From Felis catus (lineage: Eukaryota): DNA of 64,000 nt. Positions 62,965 to 64,000 of this stretch are shown here, in pieces. The number at the start of each line of letters is the position of its first letter. Within the stretch, counting starts at the first letter, position 1. The position numbers and the translations under genes were made by a program. The notes beneath the pieces are model-generated. The model did not search any database and was not told the DNA's origin. It saw only the letters and a list, made by a program, of their open reading frames with translations. Where the stretch lies: positions 114,764,001 through 114,828,000 of the forward strand of contig NC_058368.1 of the NCBI RefSeq assembly GCF_018350175.1, given 5' to 3'.

Positions 62965-64000
62965 TCTTGTTTTTTTAAGTTTTTATTTAAATTCTAGTTA
63001 GTTAGCATATAGTGTAATAATGATTTCAGGAATAGAATGTGATTCATCATTTTCATATAACACCCCAGTACTCATCCCAACAAGTGCCCTCCTTAATGCC
63101 CATCATAAATCTAGCCCTTCCCCCCACCCACCTCCCGCCATCAACCCTGTTTGTTCTCTATAGTTAAGAGTCTCTTATGATTTGCTTCCCTTTCTTTTTC
63201 CCCTTCCCCTATGTTCATCTGGTTTGTTTCTTAAATTCTTCATATGAGTAAAATCATATGGTGTTTGTATTTCTCTGACTGATTTGTTTTGCTTAGCATA
63301 ATACACTCTAGCTCCATCCACACTGTTACAAATGGCAAGATTTCATTAATTTTTTTACATTTTTTTTTAAAACTTTAGAGACCACATCCACATGAATAGG
63401 GGAAAGGGGCAGAGAGAGAAAGAGAGAAAGAGAATCTTAAGCAAGCTCTGTGCTCAGTGTAGAGCCAGACGCAGGGCTTGATCCCATGACCCTGGGATCC
63501 TGACCTGAGCCAAAATTAAGAGTTGGTTGCTCAATCGACTGAGCCACTCAGGTGCCCCAAGATTTCATTCTTTTTGATCCCTGAGTAATATTCTACTGTC
63601 TATATGAACCACATCTTCTTTATCCATCCATCAGTCAATGGACATTTGGGCTCTTTCCTTACTTTGGCTTTGTTGACAATGCTACTATAAACCTTGGGGT
63701 GCATGTGTCCCCTCAAATCAGTAGTTTGGGCAAATACCTAGTAGTACAGTTACTGGGTTATAGGATAGTTTTGTTTTTAACTTTTTGAGGAACCTCCACA
63801 CTGTTCTCCAGAGTAGCTGCACCTGTTGGTGTGCATTCCCAGCAACAGTGTAAGAGGTTCCCCTTTCTCTCCATCCTGGCCAACAGCTGTTGTTTCCTGT
63901 GTTGTTAATTTTAGCTATTCTGACTGATTCGAGGTGGTTCTCATTGTACTTTTGATTTGTATTTCCCTAATGATGAGTAATGTTGAGCATTTTTCGTGTG
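62965..64000 (-). mobile_element. Carnivore L1 3' end/3' ORF2, running off the window
   Basis: Poly-T, ttagcatatagtgtaataatgatttcagg..., ggacatttgggctctttcc..., ttttgatttgtatttccctaatgatgagt. Confidence 0.93.
63349..63558 (-). mobile_element. Can-SINE inserted in the L1
   Basis: TSD caagatttcatt. Confidence 0.94.

Noticed and set aside
1..64000. Protein-coding genes from the ORF track
   Set aside because: All ORFs are 209 aa or shorter, many have non-ATG starts, and they overlap SINEs, LTRs or microsatellites. I recognised no domain or exon chain.

Overview
Mammalian, almost certainly felid (cat-family), genomic DNA. This call rests on about 38 tRNA-derived Can-SINEs, including young felid-type copies, plus carnivore L1 3' ends. 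I found no credible protein-coding exon, RNA gene, CpG island or CRISPR array; the ORF track is explained by repeats, microsatellites and chance. The window looks intergenic or deep-intronic and is a layered archive of mobile elements. Old elements include MIR, L2, L1M, MLT1/MLT2, LTR33/LTR16, Charlie1a, MER5A and a small hAT MITE. A carnivore ERV1-type solo LTR and many SINEs with visible target-site duplications (TSDs) sit on top. The most noteworthy structures are: repeated re-use of one target site by successive retroposons (4 loci), multi-layer nested insertions, an inverted self-copy inside an MLT2 LTR, a head-plus-tail mini-SINE, and several non-repeat motif clusters. The motif clusters are an RFX/GC-box/ETS promoter-like region at about 29.4-29.85 kb, a CRE/AP-1/CCAAT cluster at about 38.9 kb and a CTCF-like site at about 25.95 kb. 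I see no evidence for a new biological system. Repeat family names come from recalled consensus sequences, not a search, and the edges of old elements are approximate.
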